From Abditibacterium sp. (lineage in GTDB: Bacteria; Armatimonadota; Abditibacteriia; Abditibacteriales; Abditibacteriaceae), in assembly GCA_965199495.1 (NCBI GenBank), contig CBDASK010000003.1, positions 2,144,001 through 2,208,000 of the forward strand: a stretch of DNA of 64,000 bases, read 5' to 3'. Below, one piece after another: positions 28,495 to 37,957 of this stretch. Position numbers and translations under genes: made by a program. Each line of letters starts with the position of its first letter. Within the stretch, counting starts at the first letter, position 1. The notes under the pieces are model-generated. The model saw only the letters and a program-made list of their open reading frames with translations, did no database searches and had not been told where the DNA came from.

Positions 28495-29128
28495 TTACTC
28501 GCCCCGCACCGCAGCAACGCCCGATTTACTCTGCTGCGCCAATTCGCGAATGACCTTAACCGTCACCGCGTAATCTTCACCGAAATCGAATTGGATCAAT
28601 CCCAACGCTTCAGGAAAACGCCCCAGTTCGCGCGCGATTTCGGCGCGCAACATCCGATGTTCGGGCTTCACGCGGTCGAGCATCGTGAATAACGCTTTCA
28701 TGTTCGATGCAGCCACGTCGGACAACTCATTCAATTCGGCGGCGTTTTTCTCGTCGCGTCGCGCGTCGTTGAAGCAGTGCCACGCGTGAATGCGGCAATA
28801 AATTTCGCGTTCTTTGTCGGGCGCCAAACCCGATTCGATGGCTTCGAGATAATCGATTTCGGTTAACGCAATCGGCGCGCGCGCCCGGCACATTTTGGAA
28901 CGTTTGCGGCGGCGTCTCAAATGGATGTTCGCGCGCTTCGGGCAACCACAGCAACGTTTGGCAGTGTGCGCACCGCACCAAGGCCGGAGTTTGCGCAAAC
29001 ATCGGCGCGTCCATTTTGCCGTCCGTCCAATAACGCGCGCCGATGATGTTGCCCGAAAGCAACGTGCGTTCAATGAGCAAACCGTCGCACGACGGACATT
29101 CGCGATAAATCGTTTCGCCGGGCATCAT
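28495..29128 (-). pseudogene. Zinc-ribbon (CxxC...CxxC) + helical-domain protein split by a frameshift at a (GC)n run near 28875-28884
   Basis: N-half MMPGETIYRECPSC..SGN..GA..WTDGK..P....RCAHC (ORF 28727..29149) joins C-half APIALTEIDYLEA..RIHAW..FND.RR..AEIARELGRF.EA (ORF 28495..29073) if one GC is added. Confidence 0.75.
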
Positions 29129-29168
29129 AAGTTGGCGCGCTGGGGGCAAAACGGGCGCCGCGAATCAT

Positions 29169-30035
29169 TCAAAATAAGCTCATCTGCTGCGCGCCCTCTT
29201 CGCCCGTCGCCGGAAAGCTGAGGCCGCCATCGAAAAGTTGCACGCCGCCGTGCGCCGAAATCGTGCTGCGCACTTCGCCCAGACATTCCGCCATTTCGTG
29301 AACGATTTGCTGCGTATTGAATCGCAAAACCGCCCAACCTTCGTGCGTCAGGGCGTTGTTGCGCTGGTTATCGTCGCGACTTTTTTCGGGATTGGCGTGA
29401 TAAGTGTCGCCGTCGCATTCGATATTCACGTTGCCGCGCGGACAGAAAACCGCGAAATCGAGGCAGTAATTGCGCTTGGCGATTTTGAGCCGCCATTGCC
29501 CTTCGGCTTCGATATTTCCCTGTTTCAGGCCGCGCCACATCGCGTCTTCGAGCGGCGATTCGTGCCACAAATCGTTGAGTTCGCGCGCGTTTTGCAGCTT
29601 GCGTAGCGTCGTCGCAAAGAACACCAGAAATCGCTGGCGCCGCGAAACTATCGGTTGTGGCAACGCTTGCAAAAGACCCAGATTAATTTTCAAATACGGT
29701 AAATCGGCGCGCGGATGAAATGGCTCGGACGGAAATAAATCGCGGCGCAAAACGGTGCGCTCGCTGGCGACGCGCGCCATCCACGCGATTGTGTAGGCGT
29801 CGGGGCCGAACTTTTTGCTGCCAAAATAAAACGCGATATGCTCGTAATTCGAGGGCGGCGCGCTCTTGCACGGAATCCAATACCAGCCCTGCGATTTGAC
29901 CATTTGCCAGTTGCGCGGTTCGGGCAGAATCGCCACCAGAACGCGCTCGGCGGGCGCAACACGCGCATACTCGGACGAACGCGCGAACAGATGATTCGTT
30001 GAATTTGCCGATGGATTCGTGCGCCGTGGCTGCAT
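29169..30035 (-). CDS. PUA/EVE-like domain + DUF559/Vsr-like endonuclease
   Basis: N-terminal VLVAIL....W.....GWYWIP..SAP....IAFY; C-terminal ESPLE..MW, Y.LDFA......NIECDG.TYH, D..R...L...GWAVLRF. Confidence 0.8.
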   Translation of the reverse strand: MQPRRTNPSANSTNHLFARSSEYARVAPAERVLVAILPEPRNWQMVKSQGWYWIPCKSAPPSNYEHIAFYFGSKKFGPDAYTIAWMARVASERTVLRRDLFPSEPFHPRADLPYLKINLGLLQALPQPIVSRRQRFLVFFATTLRKLQNARELNDLWHESPLEDAMWRGLKQGNIEAEGQWRLKIAKRNYCLDFAVFCPRGNVNIECDGDTYHANPEKSRDDNQRNNALTHEGWAVLRFNTQQIVHEMAECLGEVRSTISAHGGVQLFDGGLSFPATGEEGAQQMSLF

Positions 30036-30100
30036 TGGCTCAGTGTGACACAAATCGGAGCATTGTGTTCACTGATTTGAGATTAAGCAATGTCATTGTA

Positions 30101-30373
30101 TGAAAGCGGGACTAACATCCAGGGCAAACGCACACCGAATTGAGCGTGAATCGTAGGGTCACCGGCTTGCCGTGACCGCAAAGGTCAGTTGACTTTGTTG
30201 TTTGGCAAGAGCTTGGACTTGACCTGAAGCCGTGACTTTGCGGTCACGGCAAGCCGGTGACCCTACGGTTCACGCTCAATTCGGTGTGCGTTTGCCCTGG
30301 GACTAACATCCTCTTCCAATCTCTGGTTTTCTCGATAGCCAAAGATTGGAAGAGGACGTTCGTCCCGCTTTCA
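30101..30373. repeat. TTCCAATC-family inverted repeat interrupted by a MITE
   Basis: Reconstructed TGAAAGCGGGACTAACATCCTCTTCCAATCT ... AGATTGGAAGAGGACGTTCGTCCCGCTTTCA. Confidence 0.85.
30120..30299. mobile_element. 180-bp MITE with long TIRs and an 11-bp (or 9-bp) target duplication
   Basis: TIR CAGGGCAAACGCACACCGAATTGAGCGTGAA / TTCACGCTCAATTCGGTGTGCGTTTGCCCTG; direct repeat GGACTAACATC at 30109-30119 and 30300-30310. Confidence 0.88.
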
Positions 30374-30402
30374 CTTACAGGCGCATAGCAGCGCGATTTA
30401 CT

Positions 30403-31365
30403 TCACCACGAATAGCCTTCGGGCGAGGGTCTGTAACCGGGGAAAATCTCGTTTATCTGTTTGAGCGTTTCTTCGCTCAACTCGATTTCGGGCGCGCGTA
30501 GGGCACCTTCGAGTTGCTCCATCGTGCGCGGCCCGATGATGGGCGCTGTCACGACGGGATTGTGCAGCAACCACGCCAGAGCCACGTCGGCGGGCTGTTC
30601 GCCCAAATCGCGGCATAAACCTTCCCATTTTTCCAGCGATTCGCGGTTCTCTTCGATGCGTTCGCTCATGCCCGCGCGCCGACCTTCGCTGGGCTTATCT
30701 AACACGCCTCCTAACATTCCACCGCCGAGGGGACTCCACGGAATCAGGCCCAAACCGTAGGATTCGCACGCCGGAATCAGGTCGCGTTCGGCGGTGCGTT
30801 GCATCAAATTGTAGTGGGTTTGCTCGGAAACCAAGCCCAGAAAATTGCGGCGTTTGGCGATTTCGTTGGCCTGCGCGATGTGCCATCCGGCGAAGTTGGA
30901 CGAGCCGACGTAAATCACTTTGCCCTGCGAAACCAACAGTTCCATCGCCTGCCAGACTTCAGCCCACGGCGCCTCGCGCCAAACGTGGTGCATTTGATAC
31001 AAATCCAGATAATCGGTCTGCAAGCGCTGAAGCGATGCCTCGCACGCGCGCCGAATGTGCAGCGCCGAAAGCCGCGAAGTGTTGGGCCAATCGCCCATAT
31101 CGCCATAAACTTTGGTCGCCAAAACGACTTTCTCGCGTCGCCCGCCGCCCTGCGCGAAATAGCGCCCGATGATCGCTTCGGTGACGCCTTCGCCCTTTTT
31201 GTTGCCGTAAACGTTGGCGGTGTCCCAGAAATTGATGCCTTCATCGAGCGCCCGATCCATGATGGCGAACGCGTCCTTTTCTTCGGTTTGCGGCCCGAAA
31301 TTCATTGTGCCCAGACAAAGCCGACTCACCTTGAGGCCGGTGCGGCCCAGATTTGTGGTTTTCAT
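30403..31365 (-). CDS. Aldo/keto reductase
   Basis: LGRTGLKVSRLCLGTMNFG, WDTANVYG, LATKV, SLQRLQTDYLDLYQMH, YVGSSN, WSPLGGG. Confidence 0.93.
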   Translation of the reverse strand: MKTTNLGRTGLKVSRLCLGTMNFGPQTEEKDAFAIMDRALDEGINFWDTANVYGNKKGEGVTEAIIGRYFAQGGGRREKVVLATKVYGDMGDWPNTSRLSALHIRRACEASLQRLQTDYLDLYQMHHVWREAPWAEVWQAMELLVSQGKVIYVGSSNFAGWHIAQANEIAKRRNFLGLVSEQTHYNLMQRTAERDLIPACESYGLGLIPWSPLGGGMLGGVLDKPSEGRRAGMSERIEENRESLEKWEGLCRDLGEQPADVALAWLLHNPVVTAPIIGPRTMEQLEGALRAPEIELSEETLKQINEIFPGYRPSPEGYSW

Positions 31366-31435
31366 AATATTTATTTTCGATTCGGAACTGAAACTCGCCA
31401 CCTACTGCGCGATTCGCGCGCCAACATCGCGGATT

Positions 31436-32374
31436 TTAACCACGCGCCACGCGAAAACCGCAATGCGCCGTCGTCGAATCGGGCGTGTTGCCCGTCCGCG
31501 CGGCGCAACGATAACGATTGCAATAGCTGGCGTGACACAAAAACGAGCCGCCGCGAATCGCTTTGAGCGTTTCGTCGCGCTGCGTCGGCGTGAAAAACCA
31601 ATCACTCGTCCAATCCCAAGTGTTGCCAGTCATGTTATAAAGTCCAAAACCGTTGGGCGCGAACGCGCGCGCGGGCGCCGTGCTTTTGTAGCCGTCGGCG
31701 CCGGTATCCAAATCGGGGAATTTGCCCTGCCACACGTTCATGCGATGATCGGGTTTGCCCTTTTGGGTCGGCACCAACTCGTCGCCCCACGGGAAAATTT
31801 TGCGTTCCAAACCGCCGCGCGCCGCGAATTCCCATTCGATTTCGGTCGGCAGACGCGCGCCCGCCCACGCGCAAAACGCGACGGCATCGTTCCACGAAAC
31901 GTGCGTCACCGGATAATCTTCGCGTTTTTTGATGTTGCTGCCCGGCCCTTCGGGATGCCGCCAATTGGCGCCTTCGACGCCAACCCACCACTGCGCGCCA
32001 CCAGCCACGCCGCGCGCGTGTTCGCGCGCTTTGGCCGTCAGGTGCTTATGAAAAACGTAAGACCAACCGAATTTCTCGGCTTCCGATTGGTAGTTCGTCG
32101 CCGCGACAAACTGCGCCCACTGCGCAATCGTGACGGGCGCGATGCCGATTTCAAATGGTTCGACAAACGCGCGGCGCACTGGCCCTTCGGCGTCTTCGGG
32201 GCGCGCGACGCCCTTGCGGTCTTCGCCCATCCAAAATTCGCCGCCGGATAAGGGTTTCAAGCCCAGATCGAATTCGGCGGGCGCGCGTTTCTCGGTCGAA
32301 GCGGAGCCAGAGCAAGACGGCGTGGCTGCATCCGCGGGGCGGGCGGGCGCGCAACACGATTGGCGGGAATTCAT
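31436..32374 (-). CDS. Formylglycine-generating enzyme (SUMF1/FGE)
   Basis: WRHPEGP, PVTHVSWNDA, RLPTE.EWE.AARGG, NGFGLYNMTGN, catalytic RGGSFLCHASYCNRYRCAAR. Confidence 0.92.
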   Translation of the reverse strand: MNSRQSCCAPARPADAATPSCSGSASTEKRAPAEFDLGLKPLSGGEFWMGEDRKGVARPEDAEGPVRRAFVEPFEIGIAPVTIAQWAQFVAATNYQSEAEKFGWSYVFHKHLTAKAREHARGVAGGAQWWVGVEGANWRHPEGPGSNIKKREDYPVTHVSWNDAVAFCAWAGARLPTEIEWEFAARGGLERKIFPWGDELVPTQKGKPDHRMNVWQGKFPDLDTGADGYKSTAPARAFAPNGFGLYNMTGNTWDWTSDWFFTPTQRDETLKAIRGGSFLCHASYCNRYRCAARTGNTPDSTTAHCGFRVARG

Positions 32375-32424
32375 GCGTGGAAGTATCCGATATTTTGTTT
32401 CGACAAAATGGCTCGGCTCAAGAT

Positions 32425-32932
32425 TTAATCGAGCCACCATTCATAAAGATTGCCGGGATCGAAGAGAAAAATTAAAACCGAAATTATCGTCAGCCCGATG
32501 AAAATGCGGCGCCAACTCAGGGGAAATTTGGGTTTGGCCGCGAAAAATAGCGCGATAAAAATAATCATCCACGCGCCGGAAAACGCGTCGAGATAATCAA
32601 CGATGCGATAGAGCGCATCGTATAATGGCGTGGCCGAACCAATTTTTCGGATCGTCCGCCATCACTTGCGGCCAATGGCCGCTAAGATGTTGAAGTTCGC
32701 GCGCCAAAAAGAGTAATCCCAAATTGGGTAAAATCGGCCACAAACTTAAAAGCGACATCAGCGCGATTAAACCCGGCGTCGCTTTCTTTTGTGGCGAGTG
32801 GAACAGCAAACACGCGCCGCCAATTCCCACGATTAAGCTCACCAATGGCAGGAAATCTTGCCAGTCGGTGAAGTCGAAACTCAAGAATATCAGCAGCGGA
32901 CGAAACAGCAGCAAAACAAGCGAGAACAACAT
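32425..32932 (-). pseudogene. Membrane protein split by a frameshift near 32620
   Basis: ORF 32597..32932 continues in another frame as YDALYRIVDYLDAFSGAWMIIFIALFF...LIFLFDPGNLYEWWLD* (stop at 32425). Confidence 0.6.
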
Positions 32933-33089
32933 CGGACGCTCAGCTTACGGGAAAATTTTCGGGGCGTCAAACGCGAAACGTCGGTTTCTTGGCGAATTTT
33001 ATATGGCGCGTCAGCGAGTCGGACGAGTTCAACCTGAGAAAACGGACAGCCCCAGAGAACTGGCGCGCCAATTGACGGTCTCAGCTTTT

Positions 33090-34046
33090 GTGAAGCGAAA
33101 TCTGTTGTTTGTGCCGCTAACGCTCTGCCTTGTCGGGTGCAACGCGGACGTGAAAGGCGCGGCGCCAAATGCTAACGCGAATGTAAACATGAAGACGCAA
33201 GTTTTAACGTCGGGCGAAGAAATCGAGCATGGCGTGTGGCGCAGCGAAGTTGTCTTGCCCGTCGGCGGCGATGCGCCGCGCGCGTGGGTTTATCGGCCTG
33301 CGGCGGCGCTAAAAGTCGGGACGAAAAAACATTTCCCCTGCGTTTTCATCGCGCCCGCCGGAACCGACGTGACGGGCGGCGCAGCGTTGCGCGACGACGA
33401 GCGCGCTACCCATATTCCCTACGTGCGCGCTGGAATGATTGTCGTGGCCTACGAAATTAACGGTTTATCGAACGATAAAGCCGTCGCCGCGCGCGATTTT
33501 TGGAAGGCCAATTTCGGTTTAGATAACGCCAACGCCGCGATTTCATGGGCACTAAAAAACGTGCCGCACGTTGACCCGTCGCGTTTGTTTGCCGTCGGCC
33601 ATTCGTCGGCGGGCGCCTTGGCGCTGGAGGTCGCGCAACACGACGCGCGCATTCGGGCGTGCGCGGCCTATGCGCCCGCGTGCAATTTCGTGTGGCCCGA
33701 TCCGGGCGGCAGCGTTTTGGACATCGCCGCGCGCGAAGACGACGAAGTGCCCGGATTTTCGAGCGCATTGCGCGCGATTATGCCGCAAAGCAATTTGAAT
33801 TCGCTGAAATGTCCGCTCTTTCTGTTTTGCTGCGACGACGATAATGTCGTCAACCCGCTCGAAGTGCGCGGCTTTGCGGCTTCCGAACAAACGGTGGGCA
33901 AAAAAGTGACGTTGCTACGCCGGCCCAACGGCGGCCACGTCCGGGGCATGAAACAAAACGGCATTCCCGCCGCGATTAAATGGCTTCAGGAATTTCACCA
34001 TCAGAAAAAGATCGTTGCCGAAGTGGAGCCATCCGAAAATAAATAA
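33090..34046 (+). CDS. Alpha/beta hydrolase (peptidase S9-like) lipoprotein
   Basis: GTG start, lipobox LVGC, VDPSRLFAVGHSSAG, PLFLF...DD.VV, GGH. Confidence 0.75.
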   Translation: MKRNLLFVPLTLCLVGCNADVKGAAPNANANVNMKTQVLTSGEEIEHGVWRSEVVLPVGGDAPRAWVYRPAAALKVGTKKHFPCVFIAPAGTDVTGGAALRDDERATHIPYVRAGMIVVAYEINGLSNDKAVAARDFWKANFGLDNANAAISWALKNVPHVDPSRLFAVGHSSAGALALEVAQHDARIRACAAYAPACNFVWPDPGGSVLDIAAREDDEVPGFSSALRAIMPQSNLNSLKCPLFLFCCDDDNVVNPLEVRGFAASEQTVGKKVTLLRRPNGGHVRGMKQNGIPAAIKWLQEFHHQKKIVAEVEPSENK

Positions 34047-34055
34047 AATGAAATT

Positions 34056-35027
34056 TTATGCGCCCGCGCTTTCGCTGGCCGTCGCGCGCGCGAAATCTTC
34101 GCCCGCGTGATAACTGCTGCGCACGAACGGGCCGCTCGCCACCATCTCAAAACCCATCGCTTCGCCGATGACGCGCAGTTCATCAAATTCGGCGGGCGGA
34201 ACATAGCGCGCGACCGGCAAATGGCGCGGCGTCGGGCGCAGATATTGGCCAATCGTGATGAAATCCACGCCGTTGGCTTTCAAATCTTTCAACACTTCGA
34301 CGACCTGTTCCTTGGTTTCGCCCAAGCCCAACATTAAGCCGCTTTTGGTTTTGATTGTCGCATCGAACTCTTTGACACGGCGCAAAAGTTCCAGACTGCG
34401 CTCGTATTTGGAGCCGGGGCGCACCCATTTATAAAGCGACGGCACGGTTTCGATGTTGTGATTATAAACATCGGGCCGCGTGGCAGCCACGGTGAGCAAG
34501 TCGTCCCATTTGCCGCGCCAATCGGGCGTGAGAATTTCGACTTTGGCGTCGGGCAATTCGGCGCGCACGCGCTCGATGGTTTCGACCCAGTGCGCCGCGC
34601 CGCCATCGGGCAAATCGTCGCGGTCAACCGACGTAATCACGACATACTTCAAGCCCAACTTCGCCGCCGAACGCGCGACGCGCGCGGGTTCAGATTCTTC
34701 CAAGGCTTCGGGTTTGGCGGTCGAGACGTTGCAAAATCCGCAGTTGCGCGTGCAGTGTTCGCCGCCGATCATGAAGGTCGCGGTTTTGTGGCTCCAACAT
34801 TCGCCGATGTTGGGACAGCGCGCCTCCTGACAAACCGTCACGATGTCGTCCTCGCGTAGCATCGCGTCGGTCGCGGCCATCTGGCGAAATTTGCCCGCTT
34901 TGGTTTTGAGCCAATCGGGGAGTTTTTCGGCGTTGGGCAAATCGCGGTGCGCGTTGTTGGCTCCGGCGCGCCACGCGGCGCGGGCTTGACTTCCGTCTTC
35001 CAGACTTTCCAGCGAAATAAGTTGCAT
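34056..35027 (-). CDS. lipA: Lipoyl synthase
   Basis: TVCQEARCPNIGECW, CTRNCGFC, VITSVDRDDL, HNIETV, GQYL.P, VRSSYHA. Confidence 0.97.
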   Translation of the reverse strand: MQLISLESLEDGSQARAAWRAGANNAHRDLPNAEKLPDWLKTKAGKFRQMAATDAMLREDDIVTVCQEARCPNIGECWSHKTATFMIGGEHCTRNCGFCNVSTAKPEALEESEPARVARSAAKLGLKYVVITSVDRDDLPDGGAAHWVETIERVRAELPDAKVEILTPDWRGKWDDLLTVAATRPDVYNHNIETVPSLYKWVRPGSKYERSLELLRRVKEFDATIKTKSGLMLGLGETKEQVVEVLKDLKANGVDFITIGQYLRPTPRHLPVARYVPPAEFDELRVIGEAMGFEMVASGPFVRSSYHAGEDFARATASESAGA

Positions 35028-35121
35028 TTGGTGCAAAGTCTAACGATTGGGCGGGCGCCGTGGCTGCATCGGCGCGCGGGCGAATTGGATAATGCTGTTT
35101 CGGTTGGAGAAGATCGCTGAG

Positions 35122-35306
35122 GTTTATCCCTCACCCGACCTCGCACGGCTCGGTCACCCTCTCCCGGCTCGGTCACCCTCTCCCGGAGGGAGAAGGTTAT
35201 TCGCTCGCAAACGGCAGAGAGCTTTCTTTTACGCTAAAGCGCCAAAATAACCTTCTCCCTCTGGGAGAGGGTGACCGAGCCGTGCGAGGTCGGGTGAGGG
35301 ATAAAC
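35122..35306. repeat. REP-like inverted repeat, CCCTCACCC...CCCTCTCCC family, with a 19-bp tandem duplication in the left arm
   Basis: Arms of about 60 bp; GGCTCGGTCACCCTCTCCC occurs twice on the left and once on the right. Confidence 0.9.
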
Positions 35307-35315
35307 GTCGCGTTT

Positions 35316-36083
35316 TCAACTCACTAACGTTTCCGCGCCATCAATCCAGATCGGCGAACCGGTGATATGCTCGGAATTAGAACTCGCCAAAAACAGTGCC
35401 AATTGCGCGACCTGATTGGAGACGCCTTCATTAAGCGGCGTGCGGCCTTTGGGATATTTCACCGGCAAACCGACTTCTTTCACGTCTTTGGCAATCGTCG
35501 AATCGTCAATTTGCGTGTCAATGGCGCCCGGACAAATCGCGTTGATGCGCACATTGTGCAGCGCGAACTCGACCGCCAACGATTTGACCAAAACGACTTG
35601 GCTGGCTTTGGTGCAGGAGTAAGCGATGCGCTCGCCTTTGAAAACGCGCGTGCCATTGACGCTGGATGTGACCAAAATGCTGCCGCCATTCTTCTTTAAG
35701 TGCGGAAAGGTATATTTCAGCGTCATGAAAGTGCCCTTTAAATTGATGTCAATCGTTTTAGAGAAATCTTCGTCCGATATTTCTTCGATGGGCGCCCACA
35801 CGCCGTTAATTCCGGCGTTGGCGAACACGATGTCAATGCCGCCAAACGCTTTGATCGTCGCAGCCACGGCGCGTTGAATGTCTTCGGATTTGGCAATATC
35901 GGCGTCAATGGCGATGGCCTGACCGCCGGTTTCGGTGATCTCGTCGGCGGTGCGCTGCACTTCTTCGAGCGTGCGGCTGATGCAGACGACTTTGGCGCCT
36001 TCCTGCGCGAATAGCAAGGCCGAGGCTTTGCCGATGCCCGAACCGGCGCCGGTGATGAACGCGACTTTATCGTGGAGTTGCAT
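35316..36083 (-). CDS. Short-chain dehydrogenase/reductase
   Basis: TGAGSGIG, NAGING, YSCTK, RINAICPG. Confidence 0.93.
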   Translation of the reverse strand: MQLHDKVAFITGAGSGIGKASALLFAQEGAKVVCISRTLEEVQRTADEITETGGQAIAIDADIAKSEDIQRAVAATIKAFGGIDIVFANAGINGVWAPIEEISDEDFSKTIDINLKGTFMTLKYTFPHLKKNGGSILVTSSVNGTRVFKGERIAYSCTKASQVVLVKSLAVEFALHNVRINAICPGAIDTQIDDSTIAKDVKEVGLPVKYPKGRTPLNEGVSNQVAQLALFLASSNSEHITGSPIWIDGAETLVS

Positions 36084-36119
36084 AGTTGGGCTGCTTTTGT
36101 TTCGACTTGCGTGCCAGTG

Positions 36120-36869
36120 TTACGGCGTGCTGCGGTCGCGCACGATGTTGAGTTGCAAATCGTTCACATCCAAATTAGTATAGGGCGCGAATTCGGGCGA
36201 ACTTTGCGTGGTAAACGACGGGTCAACATCGAAACGTTGGTCGTTGGTTTCGTCCATGTTATCGGTGCGGCGCGTGGCAGCGATCTGAAAATCAATGATC
36301 GGCGTCGAGGCTGTGGCTGGGCCAAACGAATCAATCGGTTTAATGCGATTGTCTTGCGCCGAACGCAAAATCGTGGATGTGGTGACGAAGTTCAAATCCA
36401 AACGGTCGGGCGCCAAGTTCGCCGCGCTACGTGGCAAGAAGAACGTGCCGTTGCCCAGTCGCGCGTCCAAATCGAGCGTGAATTGGATGCCGTTTGTCGT
36501 GGCGCGTGGCTGCACAAAAAACGGCGAATCCAAAACCTGCCGTTCGGTCGCTGGGTCTTTCGGATCGGTGCGATAGAACACCTGAAACTGGTTGAGATGA
36601 TAAATCACCGCCAGCCGAAAATTGCCGCCGACGACGCCGTTGAGAACCGATGTGTTGCCCAGAATGGCGACCGGCCCGACGCCATCGCCGGTTTGGTCAT
36701 CGAAAGCCACGGCGTAGTAAAAATTGGGGTTAATCGGGCCGACCGTTGTCAGATTAACTTCGAGACGATTGGCCGAATTGGTCGTCGGGCCAGTTCCGCG
36801 CGGGTCGTTGGCACAGCCGGAAACGAGTAAAATCGCGGCGAGAGCGGCGAGAGAGAAGGTGAATTTCAT
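36120..36869 (-). CDS. Hypothetical lipoprotein
   Basis: Signal peptide with lipobox VSGC; beta-rich mature region. Confidence 0.7.
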   Translation of the reverse strand: MKFTFSLAALAAILLVSGCANDPRGTGPTTNSANRLEVNLTTVGPINPNFYYAVAFDDQTGDGVGPVAILGNTSVLNGVVGGNFRLAVIYHLNQFQVFYRTDPKDPATERQVLDSPFFVQPRATTNGIQFTLDLDARLGNGTFFLPRSAANLAPDRLDLNFVTTSTILRSAQDNRIKPIDSFGPATASTPIIDFQIAATRRTDNMDETNDQRFDVDPSFTTQSSPEFAPYTNLDVNDLQLNIVRDRSTP

Positions 36870-36916
36870 GTGTGGTCAATGGTTGACAGTGGGGGATTGT
36901 AAAAGTTTGAGTTTCT

Positions 36917-37070
36917 GCGAACAGGGAAATTTGTCGTCCGTAGAGACACCGACCGGGTGCCCCCTGGGCGGATGTCTAAAACGTTAGATTTGCCGTGACG
37001 TTATGGGAATGCCAGCCTTTTTAGACACGACAAGTCGGTGTCTCTACGGACGACAAATGTCCCTGTTCGC
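36917..37070. repeat. REP-like inverted repeat, CGTAGAGAC family
   Basis: GCGAACAGGGAAATTTGTCGTCCGTAGAGACACCGAC ... GTCGGTGTCTCTACGGACGACAAATGTCCCTGTTCGC. Confidence 0.85.
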
Positions 37071-37076
37071 ATCAAC

Positions 37077-37871
37077 TCAAACCTTGACCAACACCGCGAA
37101 ACTGCAATGCACGAGCGCGTGCGTGAAAAACGCGGGCACAAACGATTTCTCGCGCCAGCATAATATTCCCAAAACCAAGCCGCCGCCAAACGCGCTAATC
37201 ATTTCGGCTTGCGGTTTTCCCGTGTGCGCGAGGCCAAAACAGACCGCGCCGATGCCAATCGAGGCCCACGGCCCAAATCCCTGCGCCATGCCGAACAAGC
37301 CGAACCCGCGAAAAAACCATTCCCAGCAGAACATATAAATCGTCAGCGAAATTAGCAGCCACGCCCACTCGATGGCGTTGGTTGTCGGCGGCAAATAAGT
37401 CGCATAGGAATCGCGCACGTCGGGCATTCGCGAGAAATAAAAGATGAATGGCAGCATCACAACCCACAAAATTAACGCGATTTTGAGATGTTTGCGCCAA
37501 TCCGACCATCGCCAACCGTAATCCCACGCGTTATGTTTTTGGTCGCGGAGCCAATCTTGATGCACCAAGCCTTGGCCGAAAAGCATCCACACCATGCCGA
37601 GGGGCAACGCGAAATTAAATAAAACGCTGGTATAAACCCAGCGATTCCACTGCGGCCCAATGTCGCCGATGGGGCTGCGCCACTGCGCCCATGCGAGCAA
37701 ACCGCCGATAACCAAAACGCAGGCCGAGCGCAACCATCCGGTCGCGAACGTTTCGTCGTCTTCCCATGTCGCCGTTTCATCAACAAGCACATCGGGCGCG
37801 AGGATGTCGGCGGTTTTGTGCGCGGGGATTTCGGACAAATTTTCGGGCGAAGACGGATTATCGAAGGCCAT
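37077..37871 (-). CDS. CPBP (CAAX/Abi) intramembrane metalloprotease
   Basis: WEWFFRG, F.LAH.GKP..E, H..VH motifs, multiple TM helices. Confidence 0.85.
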   Translation of the reverse strand: MAFDNPSSPENLSEIPAHKTADILAPDVLVDETATWEDDETFATGWLRSACVLVIGGLLAWAQWRSPIGDIGPQWNRWVYTSVLFNFALPLGMVWMLFGQGLVHQDWLRDQKHNAWDYGWRWSDWRKHLKIALILWVVMLPFIFYFSRMPDVRDSYATYLPPTTNAIEWAWLLISLTIYMFCWEWFFRGFGLFGMAQGFGPWASIGIGAVCFGLAHTGKPQAEMISAFGGGLVLGILCWREKSFVPAFFTHALVHCSFAVLVKV

Positions 37872-37957
37872 ATATAAGGGAAAACGAATTGCTGAGAATA
37901 GCGCTGGAGAGGTAACCTTGTAAGAGGGCGCACCTTTTGTGGCGCGCCCGAAAAATC

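Noticed and set aside
31214..32251. Long antisense ORFs (also 9985..10938, 39328..40326, 55512..56339) and the alternative-frame ORF 46183..47127
   Set aside because: Shadows of well-supported genes in GC-rich DNA; no recognisable motifs
32724..33089. Extended N-terminus of the alpha/beta hydrolase ORF
   Set aside because: Overlaps the opposite-strand membrane gene; the lipoprotein signal begins at GTG 33090
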